From Endomicrobiales bacterium (lineage in GTDB: Bacteria > Elusimicrobiota > Endomicrobiia > Endomicrobiales > JALOBY01), in assembly GCA_963796955.1 (NCBI GenBank), contig CAWCNJ010000008.1, forward strand, positions 500,067 through 564,066: 64,000 nt of DNA. The letters are read 5' to 3'. The notes under the pieces are model-generated. The model worked only from the letters and a program-made list of their open reading frames with translations, was not told the DNA's origin and did no database searches. The position numbers and the translations under genes were made by a program. Positions 51,056 through 60,576 of the stretch are shown here, in pieces (positions within the stretch are counted from its first letter, which is position 1; each line of letters starts with the position of its first letter).

Positions 51056-52111
51056 CTATGCTTCGGCAAATTCCTGCAGGAAAACATCTACGATCTTCGG
51101 GTCGTATCTCGTGTCCCTGCCTCGTTCCAGCATCTGGTGGATCCTGTCTTCCGGGATGCCTGCAAGGCGCATTTCTTCGACCGCCTCAGCGACAGCGACC
51201 ACGCGCGCTCCAAGCGGTATTTGCTCCCCGGCGAGATGATCGGGAAAACCGGTGCCGTCGAATGTTTCGTGATGGTGCTGTATGATAGGCATCGCGCCTT
51301 TTAACAGGTTGATATTCCTTATAAGTTCCGCGCCTATCCGGGGATGGTTCATTTCAGGATTTTTGTCCCGGCCGATGATTATGCCTTCCGAAACGGAGAT
51401 ATCGTTGCGGATATTTATCAGCCCGATATCGTGCAGCAAGGCCCCGTAGTAGATATCCTTGTAGGCCTGGCCCTCTATGTGCAATGAGCGGCCAAGGGAA
51501 GTGGCCAGTTGTGCGACCCGCCAGGAATGGCCGGAAAGTTTCTGGTCACGCGCCTCAATAGCTGAAATAAGCACCTCTATAACGTTTACGAAAAAATTCC
51601 GCTGGTCTTCCGCTATGCGGGCGTTGCAAACACTGACCGCGGCAAGAGAAGAGAGGCTTTCAAGCAGGTCGCGATCCTCGTCTAAAAAAATCTGGCCGTC
51701 TTTCTTGTTGAGCACTTCCATAACACCTATCAGGGCGCCGTCATTGAACATTGGCGCGCATATCATCGATCTGGTCACAAAGCCGCTGGCGCGGTCTGTC
51801 TGGCCGGTAAAACGGGGATCGCTAGCGGCGTCGTTAACGATTATTGTCTTTCGGTCCTTTGCCACTGAACCGGCGATACCCTGCCCCACCTTAACCTTCA
51901 TCTTTTGTATCATGCCGCCTTTTTCGCCGGTGGCGAGTTTAAAGGAAAGCGTCTGCCCGTCATCATCCAGCAGCATGATAGAGGACACCTCGGCATTGAG
52001 CAGCCGCTCGGCTGCGCTGTCTATGCGCTTAAGCAGGGTGTCAACATCCAGCGTTGACGAAATGCTTTTGGCCACCTCAAAAATTTCTTTTAACGCATGT
52101 ATTCTGTCCAT
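51056..52111 (-). CDS. GAF plus HD-GYP domain protein (variant motifs)
   Basis: GAF (GQGIAG..DPRF..NKK); HS.RV, HDIG, HHE.FDGTGFP. Confidence 0.88.
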   Translation of the reverse strand: MDRIHALKEIFEVAKSISSTLDVDTLLKRIDSAAERLLNAEVSSIMLLDDDGQTLSFKLATGEKGGMIQKMKVKVGQGIAGSVAKDRKTIIVNDAASDPRFTGQTDRASGFVTRSMICAPMFNDGALIGVMEVLNKKDGQIFLDEDRDLLESLSSLAAVSVCNARIAEDQRNFFVNVIEVLISAIEARDQKLSGHSWRVAQLATSLGRSLHIEGQAYKDIYYGALLHDIGLINIRNDISVSEGIIIGRDKNPEMNHPRIGAELIRNINLLKGAMPIIQHHHETFDGTGFPDHLAGEQIPLGARVVAVAEAVEEMRLAGIPEDRIHQMLERGRDTRYDPKIVDVFLQEFAEA

Positions 52112-52123
52112 TATTTCCTCATA

Positions 52124-53848
52124 TTATTGCGCTGATGCCAGTATTTCTTCGGTTGTGGTAACACCCATGGTAACTTTTACCAGTCCGTCTTCAAGCAACG
52201 TGCGCATGCCTTCTTTACGGGCAAGGTTCCTGATGGGCCCCGCCGCGATCTCTTTAAGCAGAAGAGAACGCATTTCATCGGTCATTATCAGTAACTCATG
52301 GATACCGGCGCGACCCTTGTAGCCCGAACCGCCGCATATTTCGCAGCCCTTACCTTTGAAAAAGGTGGCATTTGAAATATCGATGCCGCGGTCTTTGTAG
52401 ATCTGATGATGCTGCTCGGGCAGTTCTATGCGCTCTTTGCAATTATCACATACCCGTCGCACCAGACGCTGGGCAAGTATACATTCTACCGATGAGGATA
52501 TCAGGAACGTCGGTATCTCCATTTCATGCAGGCGCGCAATAGCGGACGGAGCGTCATTCGTGTGGATCGTTGAAAACACCAGATGGCCTGTCATAGCGGC
52601 TTCCATGCCGATCTGGGCGGTTTCCTTGTCTCTAATTTCACCGACCATGATAACATCGGGGTCCTGGCGCAGGAAGGAGCGCAGCGCGGAAGCGAAATCA
52701 AAACCGATATCCTGCACAACGTTCACCTGAATGATACCGCTGAGATTATATTCCACCGGGTTTTCCGCGGTAAGTATTTTCGTATCCGGGGAATTGATGG
52801 AATTAAGCGAAGCGTACAGCGTGGTTGATTTTCCGGAGCCCGTGGGCCCGCAGACTAAAATAAGGCCGTATGGCTTACTGAGCGATTTTCTAAATTTTTC
52901 GAGAGTGTCGGGAAGAAAACCCATTTTGTCCATATCGACGCGCACGGAACTGCGGTCCAGCACGCGCATAACGCAGGATTCGCCGAACACCGTGGGAACG
53001 ATATTGACACGGAATTCGATCGGTGCGCCTTTCGCCATAACCTGGATCCTGCCATCCTGCGGGCGGCGGCGCTCAGTTATGTCCATCTGTTCAGTCATGA
53101 TCTTAAGTTTGGCGATAAGGGCGTTGCGAAAGCTGAAGGGTATCTGGAAAGGCGCCTCTCGCAACGCGCCGTCCACGCGGTAGCGCACCAACAGCTTATG
53201 TTCAAAAGGCTCTATGTGAATATCGGATGCTTTTTGCTGCAGGGCCGAAAGGATGATCGCGTTTACCAGGCGCTCAACTTCCGGGGCGGTGGCATCTATT
53301 TCCGTTACTTCAACGGTGCGGTCTTCCATCTTCAGCTGCACGGTGTCGGCCGATTCGGCATCGGTCAGCGTGCCCAGCACCTGGTCAAGCTTTACGGAAG
53401 TGGCAAGGCCGTAGGCTTTATCGAGGGCTTTATTGATGTCTTCGGGAAAAGCGAGGTAGGCCTGCACTTCAAAATTGGTGCGCAGCTGAATATCTTCGAT
53501 AACAAAAAAGTTGCGCGGATCGGACATCGCGACAAAAAGGATATTTTCTTCTTTCACAAAAGGAACGGCGCGGTGGCGGCGGGCGGTGGCTTCGGGAATG
53601 ACCTTGACGGTTTCAGGATCTATTTCAATTTCGTCCAGGTTTACGGCCTTTACTCCCCATTCCTGGGAAAGGATGCGCAGCATATCCACGCGCTTCAACA
53701 TATCCAGGCGCAGTATCGCTGATTGCAACGGCTCGTTGTTTTTTTTGGATTCTTCCTGGGCTATTGCCAGCTGTTCTTCGTTAAGTATTTTATTACTTTC
53801 AAATATCTCAAGAACAGTTTTGCGCCGGACATTGCCTTTAAGAGCCAT
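52124..53848 (-). CDS. PilB/GspE family secretion ATPase
   Basis: ASDIHIEP, PQDGRI, GPTGSGKST, LRQDPD..GEIRD, TGHLV; GAGGTG RBS before ATG 53848. Confidence 0.93.
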   Translation of the reverse strand: MALKGNVRRKTVLEIFESNKILNEEQLAIAQEESKKNNEPLQSAILRLDMLKRVDMLRILSQEWGVKAVNLDEIEIDPETVKVIPEATARRHRAVPFVKEENILFVAMSDPRNFFVIEDIQLRTNFEVQAYLAFPEDINKALDKAYGLATSVKLDQVLGTLTDAESADTVQLKMEDRTVEVTEIDATAPEVERLVNAIILSALQQKASDIHIEPFEHKLLVRYRVDGALREAPFQIPFSFRNALIAKLKIMTEQMDITERRRPQDGRIQVMAKGAPIEFRVNIVPTVFGESCVMRVLDRSSVRVDMDKMGFLPDTLEKFRKSLSKPYGLILVCGPTGSGKSTTLYASLNSINSPDTKILTAENPVEYNLSGIIQVNVVQDIGFDFASALRSFLRQDPDVIMVGEIRDKETAQIGMEAAMTGHLVFSTIHTNDAPSAIARLHEMEIPTFLISSSVECILAQRLVRRVCDNCKERIELPEQHHQIYKDRGIDISNATFFKGKGCEICGGSGYKGRAGIHELLIMTDEMRSLLLKEIAAGPIRNLARKEGMRTLLEDGLVKVTMGVTTTEEILASAQ

Positions 53849-53918
53849 TACTCGCACCTCTGGTGGCATAGTAACAATTGACAACCCAAGTATAAAGGAA
53901 ACGTCCTAATATTTCAAG

Positions 53919-54464
53919 CTATTTGTGTTTTTGATAGAAAGAGCGCCACAGCAGAAGAGCGATAACCGTTTTGGAATCCTGGATCTTACCTGCCTTAACC
54001 ATTTTCAAGGCATCGGAGAATTTCACGCGGATCGCATCAATGAATTCGTCTTCATCAGGGTTCTGTCTGGTTGGCTTCAGGTCCGTCGCTGCGTAAATAT
54101 GGATCACTTCGTTGGCAAACGCGGGGGTCGGCCAGAACGAATTCAGCTTGATGATCTTCCTGGCCCGGAAACCGGTCTCTTCTTCCAGCTCACGTCCGAC
54201 GCAGGACCTGGGTTTTTCACCCTTGTCGATCTTCCCCGCCGGAACTTCCAGCGTAACTTTACCCACGGGATGCCGGTACTGCTTTACCATAACAATAGTG
54301 TTCTTATCGATAAATGGGACTACAGCTACAGCCCCCGGATGGTCCATATATTCCCTGGTAGCGTGCTTGCCGTTAGGCAAAATCACTTCATCCACCCGAA
54401 GATTTATCGCCCGCCCGCTAAAAACAACATCCCTCTTATAGAATCTCTCAATTAAGTGTTTCAT
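53919..54464 (-). CDS. NUDIX hydrolase (ADP-ribose pyrophosphatase-like)
   Basis: HPGAV, QYR, PAGK..RELEEETG, DEDE, DSKT. Confidence 0.92.
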   Translation of the reverse strand: MKHLIERFYKRDVVFSGRAINLRVDEVILPNGKHATREYMDHPGAVAVVPFIDKNTIVMVKQYRHPVGKVTLEVPAGKIDKGEKPRSCVGRELEEETGFRARKIIKLNSFWPTPAFANEVIHIYAATDLKPTRQNPDEDEFIDAIRVKFSDALKMVKAGKIQDSKTVIALLLWRSFYQKHK

Positions 54465-54478
54465 ATCATGAGTATAGC

Positions 54479-54518
54479 AAAAAACACAGGAGCCCTCAAT
54501 CTTTCGACTGAGGGCTCC
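54479..54518 (-). terminator. Intrinsic terminator after the large OM protein gene
   Basis: GGAGCCCTCA-N10-TGAGGGCTCC followed by TGTGTTTTTT on -. Confidence 0.8.
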
Positions 54519-54542
54519 CGAAACTTCAATTATCCGATCATT

Positions 54543-56471
54543 TTAGAACTTCAGCGTTGCGCCAATTCGCCAGGTGTTCAGGTCAAATACAGAACTGCCG
54601 CTGGCTACGCCGAGAATGTCAAACACAAGATTCTCGGACCAGTCGTAGCCCATGCCGTAATAATAGGCAGTGGAGTTTGTGGACTGTGTTTTTGTAGCAG
54701 TTGTTTCACCGGTGGCCTGCGTTGGTGAGTAGACAGCTGGCAGGGTTGCACCATTTGTGTCAGTTACCGTTTTTGTTTGTATAATGGAACCTGCCGGTGT
54801 TGTAACCGTCGTTGTCTTGCTGGTAGCTATCTGGTGGGTTACACCAAGGCGGATCGGCCACTTCGGATAGGGGCGCATTTCGAAGCCTATCGGTATCTGG
54901 ATAACGCTGGCATTGGACTTCTGAGATGAGCGGCCGTCAATTGAGCTGGTAACCGTTGTACGGCTGTCACCGCTTCCGGCGGAGTTTGAGAAGCCGTTGT
55001 TGGTTTGATCATACGTATCAACATTCTTTACGTCCTGTTCCCAATTATACGCTGTCTCGGCGGTGCTCATGGTGTAGTTAATGCCGAAGCCTACAAGTAC
55101 ATTATCTTTCAAATGAGCTTCACCGCCGACAGTTACGCCCAGGGCATCATTTTGAGCCTTGCCGCCTGAGATCAAATATGATGTTAAATTGTTAACCGTG
55201 TCTTTGTCACCTGCAACAACGGCTCCGCGCGTAACCTGATCGTATGGCAGGGACATTGAAGCATCCAATGTTCCCGGCAGAGAACTGTAGTTAATACGAC
55301 CGGTGAACTTTACTGTATCACTTACCTGGTAATGGGAATCGGCCGAAAGCGCTATCTGGTTTCCTTCTTCTTTAAAAGAACCTACTTCATTGCCCAGTGT
55401 AAGCCCTGTTATCATCATTTCACCATTGGGCCCCATGGCCTGGTTGCCAGCGGCGTTATTGGTCCATAAAAATCCAGCCGGTATATTTACACTACCAATG
55501 GCGGCGGGCAATCCACCCGGTGCTATAAATTGCGAACCATCAACCATTGTCGCATCAACGGTATGAGGATTTGCGGCACCAGCTACAGTATTGTCTATGA
55601 AAATATGAACCAGCGAACTGCGGGTCTGCTGAATGGATATGGGCTGCAGAGCAAGGGTCGCGCCGCAATCCATTTTGTCATTAAGGTCGTAACGACCGCC
55701 AAAGCCGATGTTCATAGAGCTGTTGTCATACTTGTCTTTCGCGAACTGGCTTTGATCCTGTATATTGACCGTATTGGGAGTGCCATATCTAAGAAAAGTA
55801 CTTTGATACTCCGCTTCGATCGGCTCTTCGCTGGAATTGACAATACCCGCCGCACCGCCGGCATCAGCGGCATTCCTATACGAAAGATTTACACCCAGAT
55901 TCAATCCGATCAGAAATGGAGCGGGCATGGCGTACTTTGCCTCGATCGAGCTGTATTCTGAATCTATCTGGCGCTTCGCCCTTTGGTGGATGGTCGTAAG
56001 AGTGTCACCAATATCTGTGAATGAACCATTAGTATTAACATCAGTTTGAGTCACGGTATCATTTGTGGTTTCCCCAAAACTTGTTAAGCTCATTTGGTTA
56101 TGAACGGGAGTAGTAATGCCGCCGTCCATGGTATAGAACAAACCCATCTGTCCGGGCACATTCCATTTTGTGAAAGGATTGCCGAAACCTCCCAGTAGGA
56201 ATGCGGTATTGCCCGGAGCGCCGCTAAAGGCCTGATCATTGCCTACGGATGCGGTTTTGTTATTGTACAAGTTCGACAGGTTCGTATAGCCTCTATACCC
56301 TTTAACGTTGAGAATATCGGCCACATTAGTAAAGGCATCCGTGTATTCATCAGTGATGATACCGGCCAGGTTCGGGTTGATGCCGTTCAGGCGCATGGAG
56401 GTGTTGCTGAAGGATGCGAATGAGGATGTGGCGAGTCCTGCGATAAGACAAACGGCTAACAGTTTACGCAT
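54543..56471 (-). CDS. Large secreted/outer-membrane beta-barrel protein
   Basis: Signal peptide, Thr/Ser/Asn/Gly-rich beta strands, C-terminal WRIGATLKF. Confidence 0.7.
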   Translation of the reverse strand: MRKLLAVCLIAGLATSSFASFSNTSMRLNGINPNLAGIITDEYTDAFTNVADILNVKGYRGYTNLSNLYNNKTASVGNDQAFSGAPGNTAFLLGGFGNPFTKWNVPGQMGLFYTMDGGITTPVHNQMSLTSFGETTNDTVTQTDVNTNGSFTDIGDTLTTIHQRAKRQIDSEYSSIEAKYAMPAPFLIGLNLGVNLSYRNAADAGGAAGIVNSSEEPIEAEYQSTFLRYGTPNTVNIQDQSQFAKDKYDNSSMNIGFGGRYDLNDKMDCGATLALQPISIQQTRSSLVHIFIDNTVAGAANPHTVDATMVDGSQFIAPGGLPAAIGSVNIPAGFLWTNNAAGNQAMGPNGEMMITGLTLGNEVGSFKEEGNQIALSADSHYQVSDTVKFTGRINYSSLPGTLDASMSLPYDQVTRGAVVAGDKDTVNNLTSYLISGGKAQNDALGVTVGGEAHLKDNVLVGFGINYTMSTAETAYNWEQDVKNVDTYDQTNNGFSNSAGSGDSRTTVTSSIDGRSSQKSNASVIQIPIGFEMRPYPKWPIRLGVTHQIATSKTTTVTTPAGSIIQTKTVTDTNGATLPAVYSPTQATGETTATKTQSTNSTAYYYGMGYDWSENLVFDILGVASGSSVFDLNTWRIGATLKF

Positions 56472-56528
56472 GTAGGTGCTCCCCTGTCTTCGATATTTTG
56501 AAGCGTCGTTGCAAATTCGTAATACTGT

Positions 56529-57098
56529 TTATTTGTAATAGTAACGTACGCCGAAGTTCACAACGGGGACGGTGGCGATGTTGGTGGAAGAGGTGCTGCC
56601 GCCGCCTGCGTCGGCGCTGCGCAGGTCTATCTGTATGCCGGTGAGGGTAGCGTTAAAGCCAAGGTCGGGAAGTTCCGTGAAGAAATATTCTACGTTCAAG
56701 CCGGCTCCGAGGGTAATATCCGTTTGTTTTACCGTTATCGCCCCTAGATCTGTGGAAGTATTGCCGTACTGCAGGCCGAACATGCTCATGAAGCGCAGGC
56801 CGCCTCTCTGACGCAGAAGTGTAAGGTACTGGCCGCCGAACTCAAGAGATTTTGTATCCTTTGCCGAGGCAAAACCGAAGTTAAGGTCCCAGGCGGATTC
56901 ATCGGTCGTCCAATAGCGGTACCCAATGCCGTTAACACCGGCGCCTATACCGGACTTACCGGCAAGACCGTTACCAGCGGGTGGTATGTAAGCCGGCGCT
57001 GATGACGCCGCGGGTGTTGCCGCCCGTTTTTGAGGCGCTGCGAACAACGGCAAACTCAAAACTGCAACAATAGAAACTGCAAGCACTGTCTTTTTCAT
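56529..57098 (-). CDS. Small outer-membrane beta-barrel protein
   Basis: Signal peptide, GLNVEYFF, C-terminal FGVRYY. Confidence 0.72.
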   Translation of the reverse strand: MKKTVLAVSIVAVLSLPLFAAPQKRAATPAASSAPAYIPPAGNGLAGKSGIGAGVNGIGYRYWTTDESAWDLNFGFASAKDTKSLEFGGQYLTLLRQRGGLRFMSMFGLQYGNTSTDLGAITVKQTDITLGAGLNVEYFFTELPDLGFNATLTGIQIDLRSADAGGGSTSSTNIATVPVVNFGVRYYYK

Positions 57099-57136
57099 GT
57101 GATTCCCCTCATGTTTGGGTTTGTACCCAGTGTTCA

Positions 57137-58339
57137 CTAGTAGGAGTAACAGAAACTTACGCCCGCGTAGTGCCCGTCATAATTGTATGGCAGGTATTTT
57201 TCGAAACGCATGTTCGACGTCTGCATCTGGTAGGTGTAAAAGAAAACGGTGCGCATTACGGGGTTCGGCTGATATGAGAATGCGTAGGTGTATATGGTCA
57301 AAAAATTCTCCTGAGTTCCACCGATGAATTGGTAATCCGGGTTCATCGGCGGGCGTGAAGTATAGTTCTTTTTATCCCATTCGGGTGTGAAGGAAAAACT
57401 CCAGCGCTGAGAGATCGGTATGGTAACCGGCACGACAAGGTCCAATTCATGGTAATTGTAATAGCCGCCGATGTATTGCACGGGGAGCGTGCTGGAGCCG
57501 CCGATCAGCTGATAGTTTTGATTGGAGTCTTTGATCTTATACGACAACGAAGGCACTATGACAATACCTGCGACTGACAAAAGGTGTTCCAGGCAGAAAG
57601 CATAGACCCGGTCGTGCTGCAGATCACTGCTGTAATAACTGCCGTCGCTTTGGGCGGAAGCAACAACTACTTTTTGTTTCGTATACGCCATATCGGTATA
57701 ATCGAAAGACAATTTCGTACCGCCGTATTTCGCGCTCACGCCGACTTGAGAAACTCCCTGGTTCTGTTTGCCGGTTGAAGCGTCAATGTTGGAGCCGCCC
57801 AGCTTCCACTCCGTGTACAGGTCGCTATAGTTCGGGAATTCAAGCGCATGGTATTGCAGCCTTGTTTCTACCAGCAGTTCTTCGGCAAAGGTTTTATCAA
57901 GCCCCAGGGAGATACCCTTCCGGTAAAAATCATACAGGCCGTTGCCCCACAGCTCATTTGTTCCCGTGCGCTTGTATTCCGTCATATCATCCAACTGTGT
58001 CTTAAGCGTAAGGCCCCACCACGGCGTCAGCCAATCATGCCGCAATACCAGCACATGGTCCAATGTGCGGTCGGTGAACTGCTCGCCTTCATTGCGCCGC
58101 ATTCCGGGACCCGTGTACTTTAGCTCATAGAAGGCCACCAGCTTGTTTTCCGCGTTCAGCTGCGCCATCAACCCAAGATCGTTGGTAAGGTTCAGGGCGA
58201 ACATCCAATCGCCTTCGCTGGGAACGGCAACGCCTTCATCAGCCTGCAGAGAATAATACGGCGCGAACTTCACTTCGGCGCACGCGATGGAAAGCGGCAG
58301 TAACAACATCAGAATGGAACCGATCAAACGGTTTTTCAT
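57137..58339 (-). CDS. Outer-membrane beta-barrel-like protein
   Basis: Signal peptide, Tyr-rich strands, C-terminal GVSFCYSY. Confidence 0.65.
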   Translation of the reverse strand: MKNRLIGSILMLLLPLSIACAEVKFAPYYSLQADEGVAVPSEGDWMFALNLTNDLGLMAQLNAENKLVAFYELKYTGPGMRRNEGEQFTDRTLDHVLVLRHDWLTPWWGLTLKTQLDDMTEYKRTGTNELWGNGLYDFYRKGISLGLDKTFAEELLVETRLQYHALEFPNYSDLYTEWKLGGSNIDASTGKQNQGVSQVGVSAKYGGTKLSFDYTDMAYTKQKVVVASAQSDGSYYSSDLQHDRVYAFCLEHLLSVAGIVIVPSLSYKIKDSNQNYQLIGGSSTLPVQYIGGYYNYHELDLVVPVTIPISQRWSFSFTPEWDKKNYTSRPPMNPDYQFIGGTQENFLTIYTYAFSYQPNPVMRTVFFYTYQMQTSNMRFEKYLPYNYDGHYAGVSFCYSY

Positions 58340-58340
58340 G

Positions 58341-59087
58341 TTAGAAGTACCAGTGCCAGCCGAAGAAAGGCTGGATCACGAACAACCCTTCCGGGAATAT
58401 ATCCATACCGTATTCGAAGTGTTTGTTGCTCACCAGCAGGCGCGATACGATCTTTTTATATTTCAGCCCGTAGCCCAGCTGCCCGACGATATAACGACAT
58501 TCCCCGACCTGCTGGGAGATACCGCTGTAAAAAAAAGTATCTGCCATGGAAAATTTGATCTCTGAAACGCTGAAATCCCCCGAAGCTATGGGGCTGGAAA
58601 AAGCGACATCCATATCGACAGATGAGTATTTTACGCCGCCGAAGAGCTTGGTATGCTCCTCCACTTTTTTGCTTATAATAATGCCTGCGGAATAATCGTT
58701 AAAGGAAGGTTTGACGGAATTGCCTTCGCCGCCGCCGCTGATCGAATGCAGCGCCAGGATGTCGCCGTAGGAACCCGCCAGCTCTATCTGCGGGCAGGAA
58801 CCGTTATCTTTGACAACCTTTATTTTAGCGCTTAAGTTAGCCCAGGTGGCGGGAATGAACGTAGGGAAAAAATTGAAACGGAAGGCGCCGCGTTTGTCAT
58901 CGGGCAGCGGCGAATAATCTTCGTTACTGGAATGGAGGTTGAAAAAGAAATCGCCGGGATCGTCAAGGAATTTCAGCCCAAGGGTGATAAGCTCCGGCGG
59001 TACATCCTGCGCCTTCAGAGGCAAAACACAGGAAAAAACGCACAGTATCGCAACAACAAGGGTCGCTTTATTGAAAATATCGGACAT
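58341..59087 (-). CDS. Secreted/outer-membrane hypothetical protein
   Basis: Signal peptide, C-terminal FFGWHWYF. Confidence 0.6.
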   Translation of the reverse strand: MSDIFNKATLVVAILCVFSCVLPLKAQDVPPELITLGLKFLDDPGDFFFNLHSSNEDYSPLPDDKRGAFRFNFFPTFIPATWANLSAKIKVVKDNGSCPQIELAGSYGDILALHSISGGGEGNSVKPSFNDYSAGIIISKKVEEHTKLFGGVKYSSVDMDVAFSSPIASGDFSVSEIKFSMADTFFYSGISQQVGECRYIVGQLGYGLKYKKIVSRLLVSNKHFEYGMDIFPEGLFVIQPFFGWHWYF

Positions 59088-59093
59088 AGCTTT

Positions 59094-59489
59094 TTAGAGG
59101 TGGTGTTGCCCTTTTGGGAGATCCAGTACCGTGCGCAGCAGGCTGCGCCGGCTGATAATACCCACCAGTTTGCCGTTATCTATTATCGGCACCCTGCGGA
59201 CCTGCTTTTCCCCCATCGCAAGGCTGATCTTATCGATGGGTGTATCTGAGGGAAAACTTAATACATGCGTGCTCATCGCTTCACGAACGGTCGTGTTATC
59301 CAGGTTACCGCTGAATATAAAGTTCAGGATGTCACGCTCGCTGACAACGCCCACAACGGCCCCCTGAGAGTCGCAGACGGGCATACCGGAAACCTTGTTC
59401 TCAACCAGCACTTTCACGGCGTTCTTCAAGGTTGTCTCAGGAGAAATGCAAATAACCTCGCGGGTCATGACATCTTTTGCGTTCAGCAT
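59094..59489 (-). CDS. CBS-pair domain protein
   Basis: AKDVMT..SGMPV..GVVSERD; VRRVPIID.GKLVGIISR. Confidence 0.92.
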   Translation of the reverse strand: MLNAKDVMTREVICISPETTLKNAVKVLVENKVSGMPVCDSQGAVVGVVSERDILNFIFSGNLDNTTVREAMSTHVLSFPSDTPIDKISLAMGEKQVRRVPIIDNGKLVGIISRRSLLRTVLDLPKGQHHL

Positions 59490-59504
59490 TGGCCCCTCCT
59501 AAAA

Positions 59505-59738
59505 TTAGCAAGCGCCGTCAACGGCCTTTACCTCTTTGACTTCGGGGACTTCCTGTTTTATCACACGCGCGACACCTTGCTGCAGCGTCATGGTGGCCAT
59601 CGGGCAGCAGCCGCAGGCGCCTTTCAGCTTAACCGTCACAACGCCGTCGGCCGTAACATCTACCAATTCCACATCGCCGCCATCAGCCTGCAAATGGGGA
59701 CGCACCTTTTCCAACGCCTTCAACACTTTTTCTTTCAT
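59505..59738 (-). CDS. NifU C-terminal (Nfu) Fe-S scaffold protein
   Basis: VRPHLQADGGDVE..GACGCCPMA. Confidence 0.93.
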   Translation of the reverse strand: MKEKVLKALEKVRPHLQADGGDVELVDVTADGVVTVKLKGACGCCPMATMTLQQGVARVIKQEVPEVKEVKAVDGAC

Positions 59739-60106
59739 AGCGCACCTCTCGTATTTTTTTTGATGATCTCAAGCACACTGGCCATCTCAAATGGCTTAAC
59801 AACAAAAGCCTTTACCTGTTCAAATTTGTCGAACATATCCTTTGAAGCCGGCAAGGCGGTTATCACCATGACCGGTACAGCGCACAACTCATCATCCTGC
59901 GACAGCTGCAGCATAATGGTATAGCCGTCTATCCCGGGCAGCAATACATCCATGATAATAAGAGCGGGTTTTTCCACACGGATACGCTCTATCAGGCCGG
60001 TGCCTTCAAAGACGTTAACCACCGTGTAACCATCCGGCTCTATACCCAGCTTCAGTAACTCGGCTATCTCACTTTCATCTTCGGCTATCAGTATTTTCGG
60101 GTACAA
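59735..60106 (-). CDS. Stand-alone response regulator receiver
   Basis: AEDE, IMDVLLPGIDG, ITA, VKPF. Confidence 0.9.
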   Translation of the reverse strand: MYPKILIAEDESEIAELLKLGIEPDGYTVVNVFEGTGLIERIRVEKPALIIMDVLLPGIDGYTIMLQLSQDDELCAVPVMVITALPASKDMFDKFEQVKAFVVKPFEMASVLEIIKKNTRGAL

Positions 60107-60115
60107 TGGTAACTC

Positions 60116-60535
60116 CTAATGAAGACAGCCGGTGCCTTCCAGCAATGAACGGATATGCACGGGTATTCTGATCGGTTTAAATGAGGAGTTGACGAACGAA
60201 TGTCTGGTATGCCCGCTGACAAGAATGACGCCATTAAGCAGCACTTCACAACGGAACTCCACGCTGGCGACCCCAAGCTTTCCCAGGCTGGTACGGACCG
60301 TTATAAGGTCGTCGTACCTTGCCGGGGCGTTATACGAGCAGACCGCCTCTACCACCGGCAGGTACAGCCCTTGCGCCTCCAGCTCTTTATAGCTCATGCC
60401 CTTGCAGCGCAGCCACTCCGTGCGGCCCCGTTCAAAATAAACAAGGTAGTTTGCATAGTAAACGACACCCATCCGGTCGGTGTCGGCATAGGTCACACGT
60501 ATGTCTGTAGAAATGGTCTCACTGGTATTGGTCAT
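60116..60535 (-). CDS. Acyl-CoA thioesterase (YbgC/FadM family)
   Basis: RVTYADTDRMGVVYYANYLVYFERGR, PARYDD. Confidence 0.93.
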   Translation of the reverse strand: MTNTSETISTDIRVTYADTDRMGVVYYANYLVYFERGRTEWLRCKGMSYKELEAQGLYLPVVEAVCSYNAPARYDDLITVRTSLGKLGVASVEFRCEVLLNGVILVSGHTRHSFVNSSFKPIRIPVHIRSLLEGTGCLH

Positions 60536-60576
60536 TTGATAGGCGGATTATACCAAAATAAACCCGCTTTTGGAAG

